Shown: positions 35,786-49,961, numbered from the stretch's first letter. The stretch: DNA of 64,000 bases from Camelus ferus (GCF_009834535.1 NC_045696.1:46936001-47000000), one strand, 5' to 3'. Notes: a model not told the origin generated them from the letters alone. Program-made: numbers and translations.

Positions 35786-38647
35786 TGTCTTTTTCATTTA
35801 CCTTCTCTCTTGTTCCATTTACCACAAATCTCAGGAAAATGCTCGTGTAGACCCAGCTTCTTGAATTATGATACTCAAGAGCATACTTTTCAGGGTCTAG
35901 ACTTCACTTCATTTAAGGAAAGAAAGGAATATAAGTAGATTTCTCCCTGCATTATCCTACATGGTGCCTAGAAGAGGACTCCATTATTGCTAAGAAGTTC
36001 TTTTCTCCAGGAAGATTAAACTGTACTTCCCTATGAAATTAGAAATATGAAATAGCATTCATTCACATGTATATTCATTCAATATTATTCAATTCAATAT
36101 TACTCAGCACTTTCTACACACCCGGCACAGATGAAAAAGCAGTTAAAAAAAAAAAAAAAAGCTCCTGCTCTAGAGGAGTTTGCATTCTACTGGTTGAGAC
36201 AGACAATAAACAAATCAGATGAATACAATGCCAGGATCTATGAAGAACAATAAAGCGGGGGAAGTGATAGTGAATGACCGTTTCAAAACTGCAGGTAGAG
36301 AGTGACTGCTGTAATCCACACACTGCAGGGCTCGCACAGCCAAGTATATGTTTACTACATCAATTTCCTAGATAGTATCTATCACTCTTGTTCTAGTGAA
36401 GAATTCATTACATCAACTTTACTGAAATATTTCTTCTGCATTCTGAGTCCACCTGCTGCATGAAACAAAATCTTAAATCTGTGTTACTAACCTATACAGC
36501 AGTTCTGTCTTTGGGAAAGAGCAGGCTCAGCCATCACAAGCTACAGTCAGATACAGCTGTCTCAGGCAGATGGCTTTGGTGGGCAACATCATAAACTTGC
36601 CAGATTTTTTAAATATGAAAGGGTTTTCTGCCTCATTAGTACTTCATGGCTGACCATCCACAAACACCTGGTGTTCAGACTTCCTTTGAAAATGCAATCA
36701 TACATAGTCTTAGCTCGAAAAGGTGTGTATTATATAACCATTGTCTAAAGGATCTAATAACTAGATAATTTATAAAGTCACAGGTAGGGGAAAACCCATC
36801 CTTATCTAGCTTAATTGACCTTAATTAATACAAAAATTGAAATTAGGATTGATATGGATTTGGAGTACTGGCAGAGGCAAATTAAATTACTGGACTCCTT
36901 GCTAATACTTAAACTACTTTGTTCAGAGGGAATTCCAGGTGGTCTTTGCAGGCCTCTATTTACACCATCAATAAAAAATGAATCATACAAATGACAGATT
37001 CTTTCTAAGAATAACTGTATGTATCTCTACTTTTATTCTTTTTCCTTCCTACTTTGGAGAACTTTGTCATCACATCTTCAACACATACAGGAACACCAAG
37101 CACTAGTGTCTTGCTTAGAGTCAGAATCAAACTCTACCTACCTAATTGAACTTTTGTTATGAGGTAAAGGGAAAAAAGTAATAGACTTGGGAGTTTGGAG
37201 ACTTGAGTTCAAATTAAGCCAGTGTAATTTTTTAGCTTTTTAAAAGATTAAACCATCCCAAGGTTATAAATTTTAGTTTTTGTATCTGTAAAATGGAGAT
37301 AACATCTACTCAAACACTTTATAAGGTCAGTAAAGAATGTGTTTTAAATTATTTGAGAACTACAAAGTGATCTGCAAATGCTTTGTTACAACCGGAGTTT
37401 ATCTGTTTGGATTTAAATGTTACCATACTATTCTGAAATAATTTGCAATTGAACAATAAACAAATACATTTATTCATTTAAGAAGCATTTATTCAGTATT
37501 ATCTGTGTTATACTATGGCGAATATAAAAAATGATAGTCATCCTTGTAGCACGGAGATTATGCAAGTCAGATTTGAGAGAAGGAATGTGGGGGGACATTT
37601 GGTTTCGGTTTTAGCCAACACTTATCTAGCACTTTGTATGTGCCAGACGTCATTACACATGCTTTACACGTAGTTAACGCTTTCAATCTCTAAAAACTGT
37701 ATGTAAAAGGTAATGTTTTTATCCTCATTTTATAGATGAGGAAGATAAAGCACAAGAAGTTTGGAAATCTGCCCAAGGCCAGACACCTAGTAAGTACTAA
37801 AAGTCTTAAAGTCAACTCACACACATAGGCAAGCTAGCCACAATGTTATGTTATGTTACATCTCAAGTTGGGTAGAAAACACACAGATCATTAATGATAG
37901 TTACTAATGCCGACTAACAATACTAAGGAGGTGAATGATAAATGAAGAGATCATCTTGGGGTGAGTGGCCAAGGAAGGCTTCATGGTATGAACCCAAAAC
38001 TAGATCCAAACTTGTTGGTAGAATTTAGAAAAGAAAAATTAAATAAAGGATAAACAAAATTATGTTCTATATGTACTTTTCTGAGCATGCAATAGATATC
38101 ACTTTATTGAAATATAACATACATAAAGGAAAATACAAAAATCCCATAAGTACTTTTGAAATATCTCATTGAGTGGGTTCTCTTTTATTGACTGGATTTA
38201 TTTCCTAATTAAAACAGAGCAAAAACTGACTTACAGCACTGTCTGACTGCCTATCCATATACCAGCCAATATAATCCATTCTATTTCAAAAAATTACCAT
38301 TTAAGTATTTTCCTATATTCTAGACCACTCAATATTGGCCATTATAATGGAAAATAACTAGCAATTGAATTATATGTCGTTCCATGATAACAAATGACAC
38401 AAGAAAAATAAACTATTCCCAGTTTACATGAAATTTTCCATGATATTTACAGGAAGTTGCCACATTTGTACCTCTAATATTTATATTTGCTATAATTATA
38501 TTTTTATATATAGAAAAACAGTTTTGAGAGCTACTTTTCAAGTGACACACGAAACAACAGCCAACAATGGTTTCTACTTATTTCAGTTTCCAGCAGAACA
38601 CATGTACTGATTGCTTGTTGGTCCCATGTGTATCCCAAGTAACTTAC

Positions 38648-38716
38648 CAAGCGATAGGTCTGGGCCTTCAAAACATTGAGATCAATGAAGTTTTCTTCGT
38701 TGTCTGTCTCCTCTTC
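38648..38716 (-). CDS. IFT57: IFT57 exon 5 (69 nt)
   Basis: Acceptor TTTCCCTAAG, donor GTAAGT. Encodes EEETDNEENFIDLNVLKAQTYRL. Confidence 0.96.
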
Positions 38717-41700
38717 CTTAGGGAAATAAAAGAGTTTAAAAGTTAATAATTATAAAAGTTTGTAATTAAAAACGTATTACCAGATTTCACATACTTAATA
38801 CGCTAAGCTCAACAGAAAGACTGATGTAGGAAAGGGTATTTAAAAGCCAAGCAGTGTGCATAAAGCAGGGCATAAGTCTACTAACAGCTAATCTGTTTTC
38901 TGAGGTTTTGATAATGCCATTTAAAATAAGCCCTTTTTTTTACAGTCATTGAAGAAAAAAAAAAAAGAGAGAGAGAGGACACCACTGCTGTGAAACAAGG
39001 GATAAATAAATATAAGAACAGAAAAGAAACAGTCCCAAGTGGCATATTTGAAATAGATGCTGGAAGGAGTTAATGCAAATTTTGAGTAACATGACTAAAA
39101 TGGACAAAAATGAGAGGTTGACAGATATAGAACACTCTCACCTGCTCCAGGGACCAATCACAGTAACACATATTTTTGACATCTCATCTCTTATAGCTAA
39201 ACTCCCAAGTTCAAAGATACTAAAAATTTATTGAAGAATGTGAAATATACATATGTAAGATATTAACCTTGTATCTTAGATATTAACTATCTAAAAAAAT
39301 AGTTCAGGTTTATACCAAGCTGCCCAGCCCAGTTGGTGTGGGGAATGGGGTCAGAAGTGATTCTTTGAGAAGCAATCCCTTCTCCAATATACAGTAAATA
39401 CAGTCTGAGCAGGTTCTATAAGCATGTAGGACAAAACATTAGCTACCCTTTCTCTTCAAACATCTTTGTGATGACAAGTGGCACAGTGGGTGAAACAAAT
39501 TAACAAGAATATCCAAAGCTTAAGGACATGGTAATAAACCCAGTGGAGCTTGGTCCTTGAGTCTTGTAAAGGAAAACAAAACAAAACAAAAACAAGTGGG
39601 TGTCGTTTGGGGGACACTTTCACGTGTAGAGCTGTACAAAAGCTGCAGATGTGAAAGATACTCCTTACCTCTAGCATTTAGAAATATTTTAAGACACTGG
39701 TTCTTGAAGTGGTTCTCAGACCAGCAGCGTCAGTGTCAGCATCACTTGGGAGCTTGTGAAAATGGACATTTTAAGGCTCCATCCAAGATCTACTCAGAAA
39801 CTTGGGGAGTTGGGCCACTAAGGTAAGATATGAGAATTATGCTAATCTTTGGGGAACTGGAAAAATTTTAGTAAAGTATGGAACAATATAAATGCTGATT
39901 CCATACACTCAAGTGATTACTTTTTTAGGGAGGGGGGCAGTGGGGCATATTGATGTAGACAAAGCTGATCTGTTTACATCTTAAATCTTAAGCATATATG
40001 CAGATACACACCTTTGAGAAACAGCTCAGTCTATCCTGTGTTTGCACTACTGATGGTTTACTTAACCAGAGCAAGTGTCTGAAATGCCAATGACTTGATG
40101 TCCATGAGAGACGAGACAAGTTTATAATGCTTTTACAATAACATAATCAGTGCAGTCTACATAGGTGCTCAATAAACACTTGTCGAATTGTAGTGGATTG
40201 AACACTAACAGGCAAAAAGCTTTAATAGGAGGTACTAGAACAAAGATTTAAATTACTAAATATTATTAAAAGAACATTAAAAAATCTGAACATAAACAGG
40301 GTCAGAAAAAAATGGCTTCAAAATAAATTAAGAGAATTTTAATCTCAGTAATTTAGAAGGCACTCAATAATTTCCTGCCATTTCTTTGCCTAACATGTAT
40401 CCTCTTAATTCTTACTGCCAATTACTAAGGATATGGTTATATACTGTGAGAACATTCTGTGAGAATACTCTGCACTGTGACCCCAGTCCTCACACCCTCC
40501 CTCCCTCTCTTTCTTTCCAGTTATCAACATGTCCTATCTTGATTTGGCCAGCCTGAAACTGAAGGTTTCAAGTTTCTAATTGATTACAGAAGAACGTCGC
40601 TCTGTCAGAAATGATCCTTACCATCCCTGAGCTACCTCACAAACTTTGGCAACTAAATGAAGTAATATTCTACCAGCCAAAGGCTTTTGGGCACTGATCC
40701 AGTTCCCCTTGGCAAGAGGAGTGGGAGAGGGAAGAGAGGGCTCCTTAGAATAATACGATGACAGTAAGGAAGAAAGGAAAGCAAACAATTCAAGAGACAT
40801 GACATAAGGGAACTCACTCCCTCAGAGGTAACCCTTTGAGGGAGGCTTTCTGCATGGGCTCATGACAGTAGAAGGTCTTTACCTCACAGCTGGCAAGAAA
40901 TATATGAAGAGGCTGCTTTCTAGTTTGTTTCTCTAACTGACAAACCCAATAATGCTGCTTTGAACTTTAAAGGTTTTTCAGAAAAAAAAATAGTTATAAT
41001 TTCTGAAAGTTACAAGCAATGTGCTAGCAGATGATTTTGTGGTCAAATATTTAATGAATATCTACTATGTAGCAGGTACTGCATAATAAACTAGAGATAC
41101 AAAAAATGTGCAAAATTGGGTTTCTGCCCTCATAGAGTTTTCTTTCTGATTAGTAGGTTTTTGTGCTTTTTTTTTTCCTGACTGGCAGTTTTGAGTTACA
41201 GGCCTTTAAAGCTAAATGTTGATGCACTAGACCAGGTAGATAAACTATTAACTAATAACCAGTAACTAAGAAGTCAAGACACGGAAACCACCTGAGTAAA
41301 ATAAATGAGATGAACAACTGAAAATATATGAGGACTTAAAATTTTATGAGACTGAATGGAAAGATCTATTACACAAAGAATGAAGTCTAAACTCCTTAAA
41401 AATGCTGCAGATGATCTGGACCTGGTCTGTCTTCCCAGTTAATCTTAAGCCATCTTCCCCTGTACCCAGGAGACCTGGCCGCAATGGTTTTCTCTCAGTT
41501 CCTTGATCATGCTAAGCTCCTTCTTGCCTCAGTTTCTGTACTTGCAGTACCATCTGGGTCTTGCCCAGTGCCAGCTACAAAACAGGTGCTTAGTAAACAC
41601 AGGAATGAATACATCTTTACCTTAACTTAAAAAATTTATCACATTAAAAAAAGGTATCTTTTAAATTGATTAGTTTTATAATGATTTTTTCCTTCTATAC

Positions 41701-42808
41701 ATAGCAGTCATCTTTTCTTACACATATGGTTTAACATATTTATACTGCTGATGAAACACATTAAAACCTTTGAAGATACAAAGAATCATAGAAAAGAAAA
41801 TAATCATCCATAATTCTTCTACCCATATATAACTAATGTTAATATATTGACACTATTTTTCTTTTTCTGCACATTTTACATAGCTGAGCTTACACATATA
41901 GTATAAGTTATCATCCCCATGTTACTAACATTTCTTGGTAAACAGTTTTTAATGGCTATATAATATTTTATTGTCTGGATATAGTCTAATTTATTTAATG
42001 GCTATTTTCAGCATTTGCTATAAAATAAGGCAGTGATTAATTTATTTGTGGCATATAGTACCTTCATAAATTGCTTTAAGGTGAAATATAGAATAAACTT
42101 ATTATCTATTCATTCAAAAAATCACCTGGAAAATTTAATTGGTTTATGACAATAAAATACACTATAAAGTTTTTTTCCTGCCATTTTAATTTCAAACCAT
42201 ATGTGTACTTCCTAAAACACCAGGGTTCGTCCATCTCTGGTTGTGAGAAGCTGCTCTCTGCCTCTCCCACTTTACTAGTCTAGTCTGTTGTAGAGACATG
42301 ATCATTTAGCTTCACACTGTGGTTAGAATGTTAGAATGCGACACAGCCCAGAGGCGCCAAACAATTTAAACAATATTGGTACTTATATGTATTTTTAAAA
42401 GTTCCCACAGAGTAGTATTTATCCTAATTTTAGAAGCATAAAGGAGCTCCTGAGAAATGAATAGTGTTCTTAATGAAGCAGGATGTATTAATCCTAAATT
42501 CTACTGTTCTCTTCTAAATTCTTCCTATTTAAGATCATGAATGGTTGTGAATAAAATATTTACCCATATAACTAATGGTCTGCTACTGCCTGTCTATAGT
42601 TGAAGAACCTCTGCTAAAATCCAAACCTCAATCGTTAGAGAACATGAACATTAACTTAACCAAAGGTCTAAACAATGGATAGTAGGCACTCTACTCTCTA
42701 GGAACAATGAAATAAAATATATTCCAGAAAATGGAAGTTTAGGGGAATTAAGAGGAGGGAAATGAATTCAAAGGTGAAAATGACCAAAAAGTTCAGCAAC
42801 ACACATAC

Positions 42809-42899
42809 CACAAATTCTTCATCCACTTTATTTAATGTTAATTCTGCATCATCTTCTGCAACAGTTTCTTCCTCTAATTCTTCCACTGGGTATGCTGGT
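42809..42899 (-). CDS. IFT57: IFT57 exon 4 (91 nt)
   Basis: Acceptor TTTTAG, donor GTATGT. Encodes (R)PAYPVEELEEETVAEDDAELTLNKVDEEFV; overlaps ORF-track entry 42698..42886. Confidence 0.97.
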
Positions 42900-43204
42900 C
42901 TAAAACAATAAGGCTTAACATGAGATGAGAGTTAAAAACAATACATTTTAGCAGGACAAAAAGGCATAATATGAATATTAAGGATCCTCTCTACGCCAGT
43001 TCTGGTCCTTTTTCACCTGTCCCTCCTTCCCATAATCACTGTTAAGTGTTTCACGTATTCCTCCTGAAGCTTTCTATGTAAGGAAGCAAAAATCTTTATC
43101 TCCAAATTTGAAATATTAAGTTTACATAAATGGGGTGATACCATGTAAAATGTTATCCAGCCTATTTTCTTCCCTTACTAATAAACCATATTAACGTACG
43201 TACA

Positions 43205-43416
43205 CAGTTGATCCTTGAACAACATGGGTTTGAACTGCGTGGGTCTACTTACATGCAGATGTATTTCAATAATAATACACTACTATGTGACTTGTGGTAC
43301 GTTGAATCTGCAGATGTGGAACTGGATATGGAGGAAGCCCTTATAAGGAAGGCTGACAATAAGTTATACGGGGATTTTTGATGCTGTTAACTCCTCCATT
43401 ATTCAAAGGTGAACTG
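43205..43416. mobile_element. Tigger2/MER8-like MITE inside an old L1
   Basis: TIRs CAGTTGATCCTTGAACAA ... TTATTCAAAGGTGAACTG followed by TA; same family as 63329-63569. Confidence 0.85.
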
Positions 43417-43419
43417 TAC

Positions 43420-44285
43420 ATCTTTCTTTCTCTCTAACACACCTGCACTGTATTCCATTGAAGAGCAGCAGCATAATGTAACTAGCTATGGCTGAACACT
43501 GAGGTTATTTCTAGTTTCTTTACTAGACAATACTGCAAAGATCATCCTTACACATTTATCATCTATGTATATCATTTAAAATAAATCTGTACAAGTAGAA
43601 TGGCTGGATCAACAACTTTGTGTATTTTATTGTTTTGCTTGATATTGTCAAAACCAGCTTCCAAAATGTTACCCTAATTTACACTCCCAACAACAGTGAC
43701 TCTATTTCCACACATTCATCAATATGGTAAACAAACTTTAATCTTTGCTAATCATCTAAGTGAAAAAACCTCATTCTTGCTTTAATTGCATTTCTTTCAC
43801 AGGAGTGGTTGAATACCTTTTCATGTTTTAATTGGTTATGCGTGTTTCTTTTTCAGTGAAATGCCTATTTATGCCCTTTGCCCTTTTGTATATTAAAAAC
43901 ATCAATGCTTTGCTGTGTTAAAAATATCTTTCCTATTTTATTACTTAAAATTTTGGCTACTGAGGACCCTTACAATTCTTATTACATAGACTTGGCAACA
44001 TTTTCTTGCATGGATTCTAGCTTTAGTAACATATATGCAAAGCTCTTTCCTCACACAATGCCTTTGGTCTTTTAGTACTCCTATAGTTTCATTTTTCACA
44101 TTTACATCTTTGACCTGAAATTTATTTTGATAGAGGTAACAGGAAGGGCTCCAGCTTGTTCTTATTTCCAGAATCTAATCAGTGGTCCTAACACTACATA
44201 TTGAACACTCATTTCTCCATTAAGATTAATGACATGTATTTCCCATATTGAAAATTCTGAAAAGTATTTGCGTTTATTTCTGGAA
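43420..44285 (-). mobile_element. Old L1 fragment
   Basis: Reverse-oriented L1 signatures (AAGTAGAATGGCTGGATCA, TTTACACTCCCAACAACAGTG, TTTAATTGCATTTCTTT). Confidence 0.75.
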
Positions 44286-44870
44286 ACTTATTTTAAAAAT
44301 CCATACCTCAGGCAGGTTAATAAAATACAAAAATTGACGTTCAATTTTAAGGAAGGAAAGTACTACAAACCAGATCAATCTTCTTAAAGAATAGATTTTC
44401 TATTTTTTTTTTTTTTTTACTAATTAGAACTAGATAAAATCTTAAAGGCAATGTTTTTCTAGGGTTTCTATGTTTTCTGGGATTTGTTTTAGCATATTTA
44501 GATACATAAATAAGCACCTATAAACATACAACTTCCATGTAACTTATATATTACATACTTGATAACTTCTCTAATCTCAATTTTCAATGTTTCCCCCTCT
44601 TTCTCCTCCATGTACATATGGTCCCTATATATTATCCAAATCACAATACACGGCCAAGAATAAGGTATGCCCATAAACAAAGGAAGTACCAAATTTAATA
44701 GTGGTCGAAATACTAATGGCTTCTGGTGATTTTAGAATGCACTGGGAAATAGATTTAATAATTTAAAAAATGCCAAATGGAGTAGCATATCTCATAACTT
44801 TTTCTGGAATCTAACAAAGGAGTAACGTAGATCATGCAGACATTCTTCATATTGTACTAAGTGGTAATGT

Positions 44871-44948
44871 TTGGGTTGAAATATATGAAATTGACATTTT
44901 TAGCTCAAAAAAAGATGGATATCCGTAATTTCATATGGCTCAACCTGA
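44871..44948. mobile_element. MADE2-like mariner MITE (about 80 bp, palindromic)
   Basis: TTGGGTTGAAATATATGAAATTGAC ... GTAATTTCATATGGCTCAACCTGA form imperfect TIRs. Confidence 0.8.
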
Positions 44949-45860
44949 TGATGACCTAAGTAAGTTTTTAAAAGTATTCATTAATAGAGGGTAGATTAAT
45001 TACCTAAGAGAATGTAACTGAATATACATTAAAATATACAAATAATATATACAGATTTCCAAGAAATTAGTTCTAATCCAAAACCATCGTCTTTTCATGT
45101 TTTACCTGAATAATGCCTTCCACAATCTCTAACCTATCAATATCCCAATCTCCATTCATATTTTCTAATTATAACCTATACAAATTGACAGTTTCTTGTT
45201 ATTTTATTCCCTCATCCATATGGTCAATATTTATTGAGCATCTATGATATATATAATGCTGTGCTAATTACCATACAGTACAAAGATTTCATAATTTCTA
45301 GCAAGAAAGCCAGACCTGTAAACAAGTGACTTTAATATCATGGGATAAATACAATAATAGAAATATAAACAAATCAGTTAGATCAGAGAAAGAAGTAATG
45401 AACAATGTCTAACAAAGCGTCAGGTGGCTTCTTCAGTGTTATTCTTGCCAAGTCACTGTAAGCAAAGGAGAAGATGCCATTTGAAATACTATATTAATTT
45501 CCATTTTTTTCCTTAAATCTGCAGCTTTCAGTTACCTTCATATATATACTATGTTTGGTTGTATAAATATATGCAAAGAAACTTTTTAAAAATTTCCTAA
45601 ATTAACCAGGATACACAGTTACAATTAAAACTTTAATAATTATATGTTTAAACTGGAAAAAGGCACAATATCAGAAATGGTTCTGAAGACACCAGATATC
45701 CCAGTTTTGTCTGTACTGAATTTTCTAGTCACCTGTGGCATTTTCAGTTTAGAATAGTCAAGAGGAAACACTTTCTATCAGTTCAATTAAACAGCTCCAA
45801 ACCCTTAGAAGAAAAAGCTATGCACATAGAATTACTAATGCCAGGTTGGGTAATCTTTAC

Positions 45861-45979
45861 CTTTTCCAGGTGAAACCAATATATTTTAACGCTTCTTCAG
45901 CTAAACAGTCAAGAACATAGCATACATGCTCTCCATAACCCGATTTTAATTTTGAAGGAGGAAAATCTGCAGTTCTTCC
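45861..45979 (-). CDS. IFT57: IFT57 exon 3 (119 nt)
   Basis: Acceptor TTTCAG, donor GTAAAG. Encodes GRTADFPPSKLKSGYGEHVCYVLDCLAEEALKYIGFTWK(R). Confidence 0.97.
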
Positions 45980-46811
45980 CTGAAATACAAAAGATAAACT
46001 GGGTATTATTTTCTATTTATACTGCAAATGTCAAAGTATTTTAAGCAAAGTACTGCTGAATAAGCATATCACTTCTCCATCCTTTAAATATGATTTAAAA
46101 TAACTATAATCACATTGCTTCTTAGAAATCCATCTCTTTATCTTTTTTTAATCCATTGGTACATAAACACTAAAGGAAAATAAAGATGTTTTATTGTCAA
46201 AGGTATCAAATTAAGAGGTAATAACCTCATGACAGCAGAACAAATCACTGATCTTGTTAGGATGAAAAATCTGTATAACTACTCAGGTGATATCATATCG
46301 TTGAACAACCATATGAAGGATGAAGCGATTCACCTGTCAAAAATTAATAATGAGCAGTGCCAAAAGTTCTTACTGCTTGTCCCCAGGAAAAGTCAGAAAT
46401 GAAAAAACCGCTATTGTGGCATATTAAATGAAAGTTCCCTTAATACATTGTTTCAGTGTCCTAGTTTCTTTTATTTTTTATCATTTTGTTGGAAGGAGAA
46501 CTAAGTATTCATAAATTCACCTCAGACATATCAAGACTAAGAAAAATATTATTATTTTTGGCTGTAAAGAGTGTACACTAAACATTTTTAGAAGTGGCAT
46601 TAATGTTATAAGATCAATCATTCTGAGATTTTACCTGAAAATTAATCTAGATATAATTATCTATATATGTATATATGTACGTATTTGTGTATATAGATAG
46701 TTATTTACAGAGAATTCTTCCAAAAGGCTAGCATTTATGTTGCTTGGTTACCTATGCTAAAAATTTCCTAACTTGAGAACATGCAAAAAGAAGAGAGTTC
46801 TTTATACTTAC

Positions 46812-46974
46812 AAATGCTCGAAGCTCAGATAATATGTTAGATATTGTTGCATTAGGGTCATCATATTCTTGAGGCTGCTCAAAAGGGTGTCCTGCTTTGT
46901 TAATCAGCCAAGCAGCAAGAGTGCAAAACATGTAGAACTGTTCCCCTGGGTTGGTAGGCAGTGCAAAGTAGTGT
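46812..46974 (-). CDS. IFT57: IFT57 exon 2 (163 nt)
   Basis: Acceptor AACAG, donor GTAAGT. Encodes (R)HYFALPTNPGEQFYMFCTLAAWLINKAGHPFEQPQEYDDPNATISNILSELRAF, in frame with exon 1. Confidence 0.97.
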
Positions 46975-47452
46975 CTGTTTCAAAATAAAAGGGGAGGGTA
47001 GAATAAGAAATACTGCAAATAAGTCTATAGTAGCTAAAGGAGCTAAATCCAAAATTGCCAAAGGACTTTTTTTTTTCCAAATGACTTTAACATCAAAAGA
47101 CATTGATAATTCACTCTTCAAAGTTTCTAGTAATCCACAACACTCACATTAAAGTTTTTAATCAACAGGAGAAGGGCAATTACTACTGCACACAAAATAT
47201 TAGATCAAAGACCTTATATCCATAAAAATGCAGGACATGTTAAAAAAATTGCATATGTAGAACTTTGGCCAAAATCATTTATGTGTCAGGAATAATTAAT
47301 AAGAGAGTACCTCCTGAAAAAGGTAATTTGGAATTAAGAGCATTTCAGAGTTTTAAAAATAGACCTTAATGATGACTCAGTATGCATTTTTACATTTTTT
47401 ACAGTGTCACTGTTGCCTTTACTTACTGTTTCTAACCTGTCGCTGTGTTAAA

Positions 47453-47630
47453 CAGTTGTTCTCATCTTGACTGCATATTGACTCACTTGAAGAACTCGTC
47501 AAAATTTTGCAACCTGACTAAACATTGCTTTTTCACTAACGGATTAAATCAGTACTCCAGTAATGGGCATGTTTCAAAAGCTTCCTAGATGATTCCAAGT
47601 TCCAAGGTAAAGCCAGGATTAAGAACCGCT
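47453..47630. mobile_element. hAT-Charlie MITE (MER5-type)
   Basis: Termini CAGTTGTTCTCA ... TTAAGAACCGCTG with an internal AGCTTCCTAGATGATTCC. Confidence 0.7.
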
Positions 47631-48076
47631 GCGTATCACATCCCTGATCTAACAAACATTTGTTGACTTTTGCTAAACTCGCTAGCCAACTAAAAACAGT
47701 CCTGTGAGGATCAACATGATATTACCTAAACATATCAGGAATAAAACTTGCTAGCAACAACATTCAAGTTAGTTTGAGAAAAGATCTTATTTTGCTTTTT
47801 TACGTGTAGCTATCACTATTATGTTTATAATTGGATCTATAGCTATGATAACTGTTTTCCTAAGAATCAGCAGTCTGCTCCTTCCTGTTTCCCAAACTTT
47901 TTCCTGCAGTAAAGTGTAAATGTTCTGGAAGATAAGAAAAGCTGGGAAGAAAAAAAAGGCCACAAAGTCCTCTCAAGTATATGGTCATCCGCCACTAACA
48001 ATTCATCTTTTCCTTATCAGCTGATAACAACTCCAAGACAGAGGAATGGATACTGATAGATACTGCAGAGCGAGGA

Positions 48077-48270
48077 CAGCGGTTCTCAACTTTAGCAGGC
48101 ATCAAAAATCACCTGGAAGGACTATTAAAACACAGACTTCTAGGTCCTCCCTACTCCTAGAATTTCTGATACACTAGACCCAGGAAGGAACCTGCAGAAT
48201 TGCATTTGTAATAAGTTCCCAGGTTGTTGCTCATGTTGCTAGTCTGATGACCACACTTTTAAGAGCCGTT
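48077..48270. mobile_element. MER5A-like hAT MITE
   Basis: CAGCGGTTCTCAAC..ATCACCTGGAAGG..TTGCATTTGTAATAAGTTCCCAGG..GACCACACTTT. Confidence 0.85.
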
Positions 48271-49548
48271 AAACAAGGGTATCTCCACGCAAACCCATAA
48301 CTCAAAGTATCCTGCCGAACTCCTGACAAAATATTTCAGAGATTATATCAATAGAATCTCAAGGCCATGTTCTTTGAGTTTGAAATATATATTTGGAGAA
48401 AAAACTGCCTATTTATTACATAGAAAATGTTGGTTGTTTATACTATCCTGATCAATTCATTAAAGTAATAATTTCCAATCCTACCATTTTGTTCATGGAT
48501 CAAGCTACACTACTTTTTCATATAACTTTTCTCATATTATGGACTGACAGCAATATGAAGTTTACATGAAGCCTACGTATCTTCCAATGCAAGTCATCAG
48601 AAGAGAGCGAGGAATGAGATCCGAAACTGTCAAGGGAAATTATTCGAGTCTAGATATAGCCATTAAGAGAAAGTACTACAGATTCTTAATCTAAATTGCC
48701 TCTCACACAATTAAATAAACACAAAAAATTAACACAAAAAATAAATGTTAAGTACTAACATTTAGGAAAGCTATAAAACTTATTTATGAGGCTATCACTA
48801 AGTTACGCCGATTGGAAGAGAAAAGTGCTAGCTGTCCACCACCCTCAGCGACCAATGCCAGTGACTTCAGGATATGATGGGCTTTTTCCCTCCCAGAACA
48901 AGGGCAGAACTTTAGGCTCTGTGACATACAATTCCAATAGTTGTCATTTCATTTGTCTTTTCCATTTCTCAGCTTCAGAGAGTACTGTTATTGCAAAGGC
49001 ATAAGTCTTTTAAACCATAGCAATTAGTGAACAAGTTTATGAACTGCATGCTTATAAAGTGCTCAACAAGGTCCATGGTTACCAGTTGTAGGGGCAGGTT
49101 CTCGAAGAGGAAAACAAAAACTAGTGATCAGTCTAAAATGATAAAAGCTTTCTTCCATCTTTGGGAATGAGATTGTGAGTGACTGCAGTATTTTTTTTAA
49201 ATACATTTTCTTGTGTTTTCTGAGTTCTCTACAATAAGTACCTTCATTTATAATCAGAAAAAACAGTTTGTGTTTTACGGAGCTGCGTGTGTACTCTAGG
49301 CATGCTGTCTTCCAGTCCTTTCTGTAATTCCCAAACTTTACTCTTTCCCCCAAAATACCAAGTCTAAACTCCGTGAGCAGCCCGGCCCTACGTCGCCAAG
49401 TTTGGGGTGAAGTGCCCTTTCCTGAGTGGGAAGGGAAGATGGAGGCAAGTGCTTGCTAACCCGCGCTCCCTGTTACCCACAAGGCCGGAGAAAGGCGTCT
49501 CCCCAGGGCCCAGCCGGCACCCGGGCGCTGCGGGACGAGAGCACCCAC

Positions 49549-49763
49549 CTGGACGGGGGCTTCAGGTTGTTCTTCCGGAGGAGATCCTCCTCATAGCGGA
49601 GCAGTTTCAGCTTCTCCACCAGGTCCTCCATCACCACGAACGTGTGGTAGGCCGCGCCGGGCCCCCGCTCCACGACCACCTCCCCCGCCCCTTCGCCGCG
49701 GGACCGAGACACCCCATCCTCCAATCCCGACGGCGTGACCACTGCCGCGGCAGCAGCCATCAT
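49549..49763 (-). CDS. IFT57: IFT57 coding exon 1 (intraflagellar transport 57 / HIPPI)
   Basis: Translates MMAAAAAVVTPSGLEDGVSRSRGEGAGEVVVERGPGAAYHTFVVMEDLVEKLKLLRYEEDLLRKNNLKPPS(R), recognisable as the IFT57 N-terminus. Donor AG|GTGGGT at 49549/49548, phase 2. Lies in a CpG island. Confidence 0.97.
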
Positions 49764-49847
49764 AAAACAGACAGAAGGAACCCAGCGTTAGTTCGGGCCC
49801 AGAGACCTCCGCGGCCTGCGCTGCAGCAGCCAGGACCTCCGCGACCG

Positions 49848-49887
49848 GTTACCAGGCGACCGCCGGGCAACCCATCACCAGGGAAAC
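49848..49887 (-). promoter_or_regulatory. Cluster of RFX X-box motifs
   Basis: On the minus strand, GTCGCCTGGTAAC (49860-49848) fits GTNRCC-N-RGYAAC. Also GTTTCCCTGGTGATG (49887-49873) and a GTTGCC half-site between them. RFX control of IFT genes is established. Confidence 0.8.
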
Positions 49888-49953
49888 TGGACTCCGCCTC
49901 CTTCTCCCGCTACGCTCTTCTAAATTTCCTCCAACCAGGGAGGGGTTCCTGGA

Positions 49954-49961
49954 TGACGTCA
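49954..49961. promoter_or_regulatory. Perfect palindromic CRE (TGACGTCA)
   Basis: Exact 8-mer about 190 bp upstream of the ATG, overlapped by a further GTCACGTC half-site. Confidence 0.7.

Noticed and set aside
40817..40844. 12-bp stem-loop CTCCCTCAGAGG/CCTTTGAGGGAG
   Set aside because: Isolated and short, with no supporting context.
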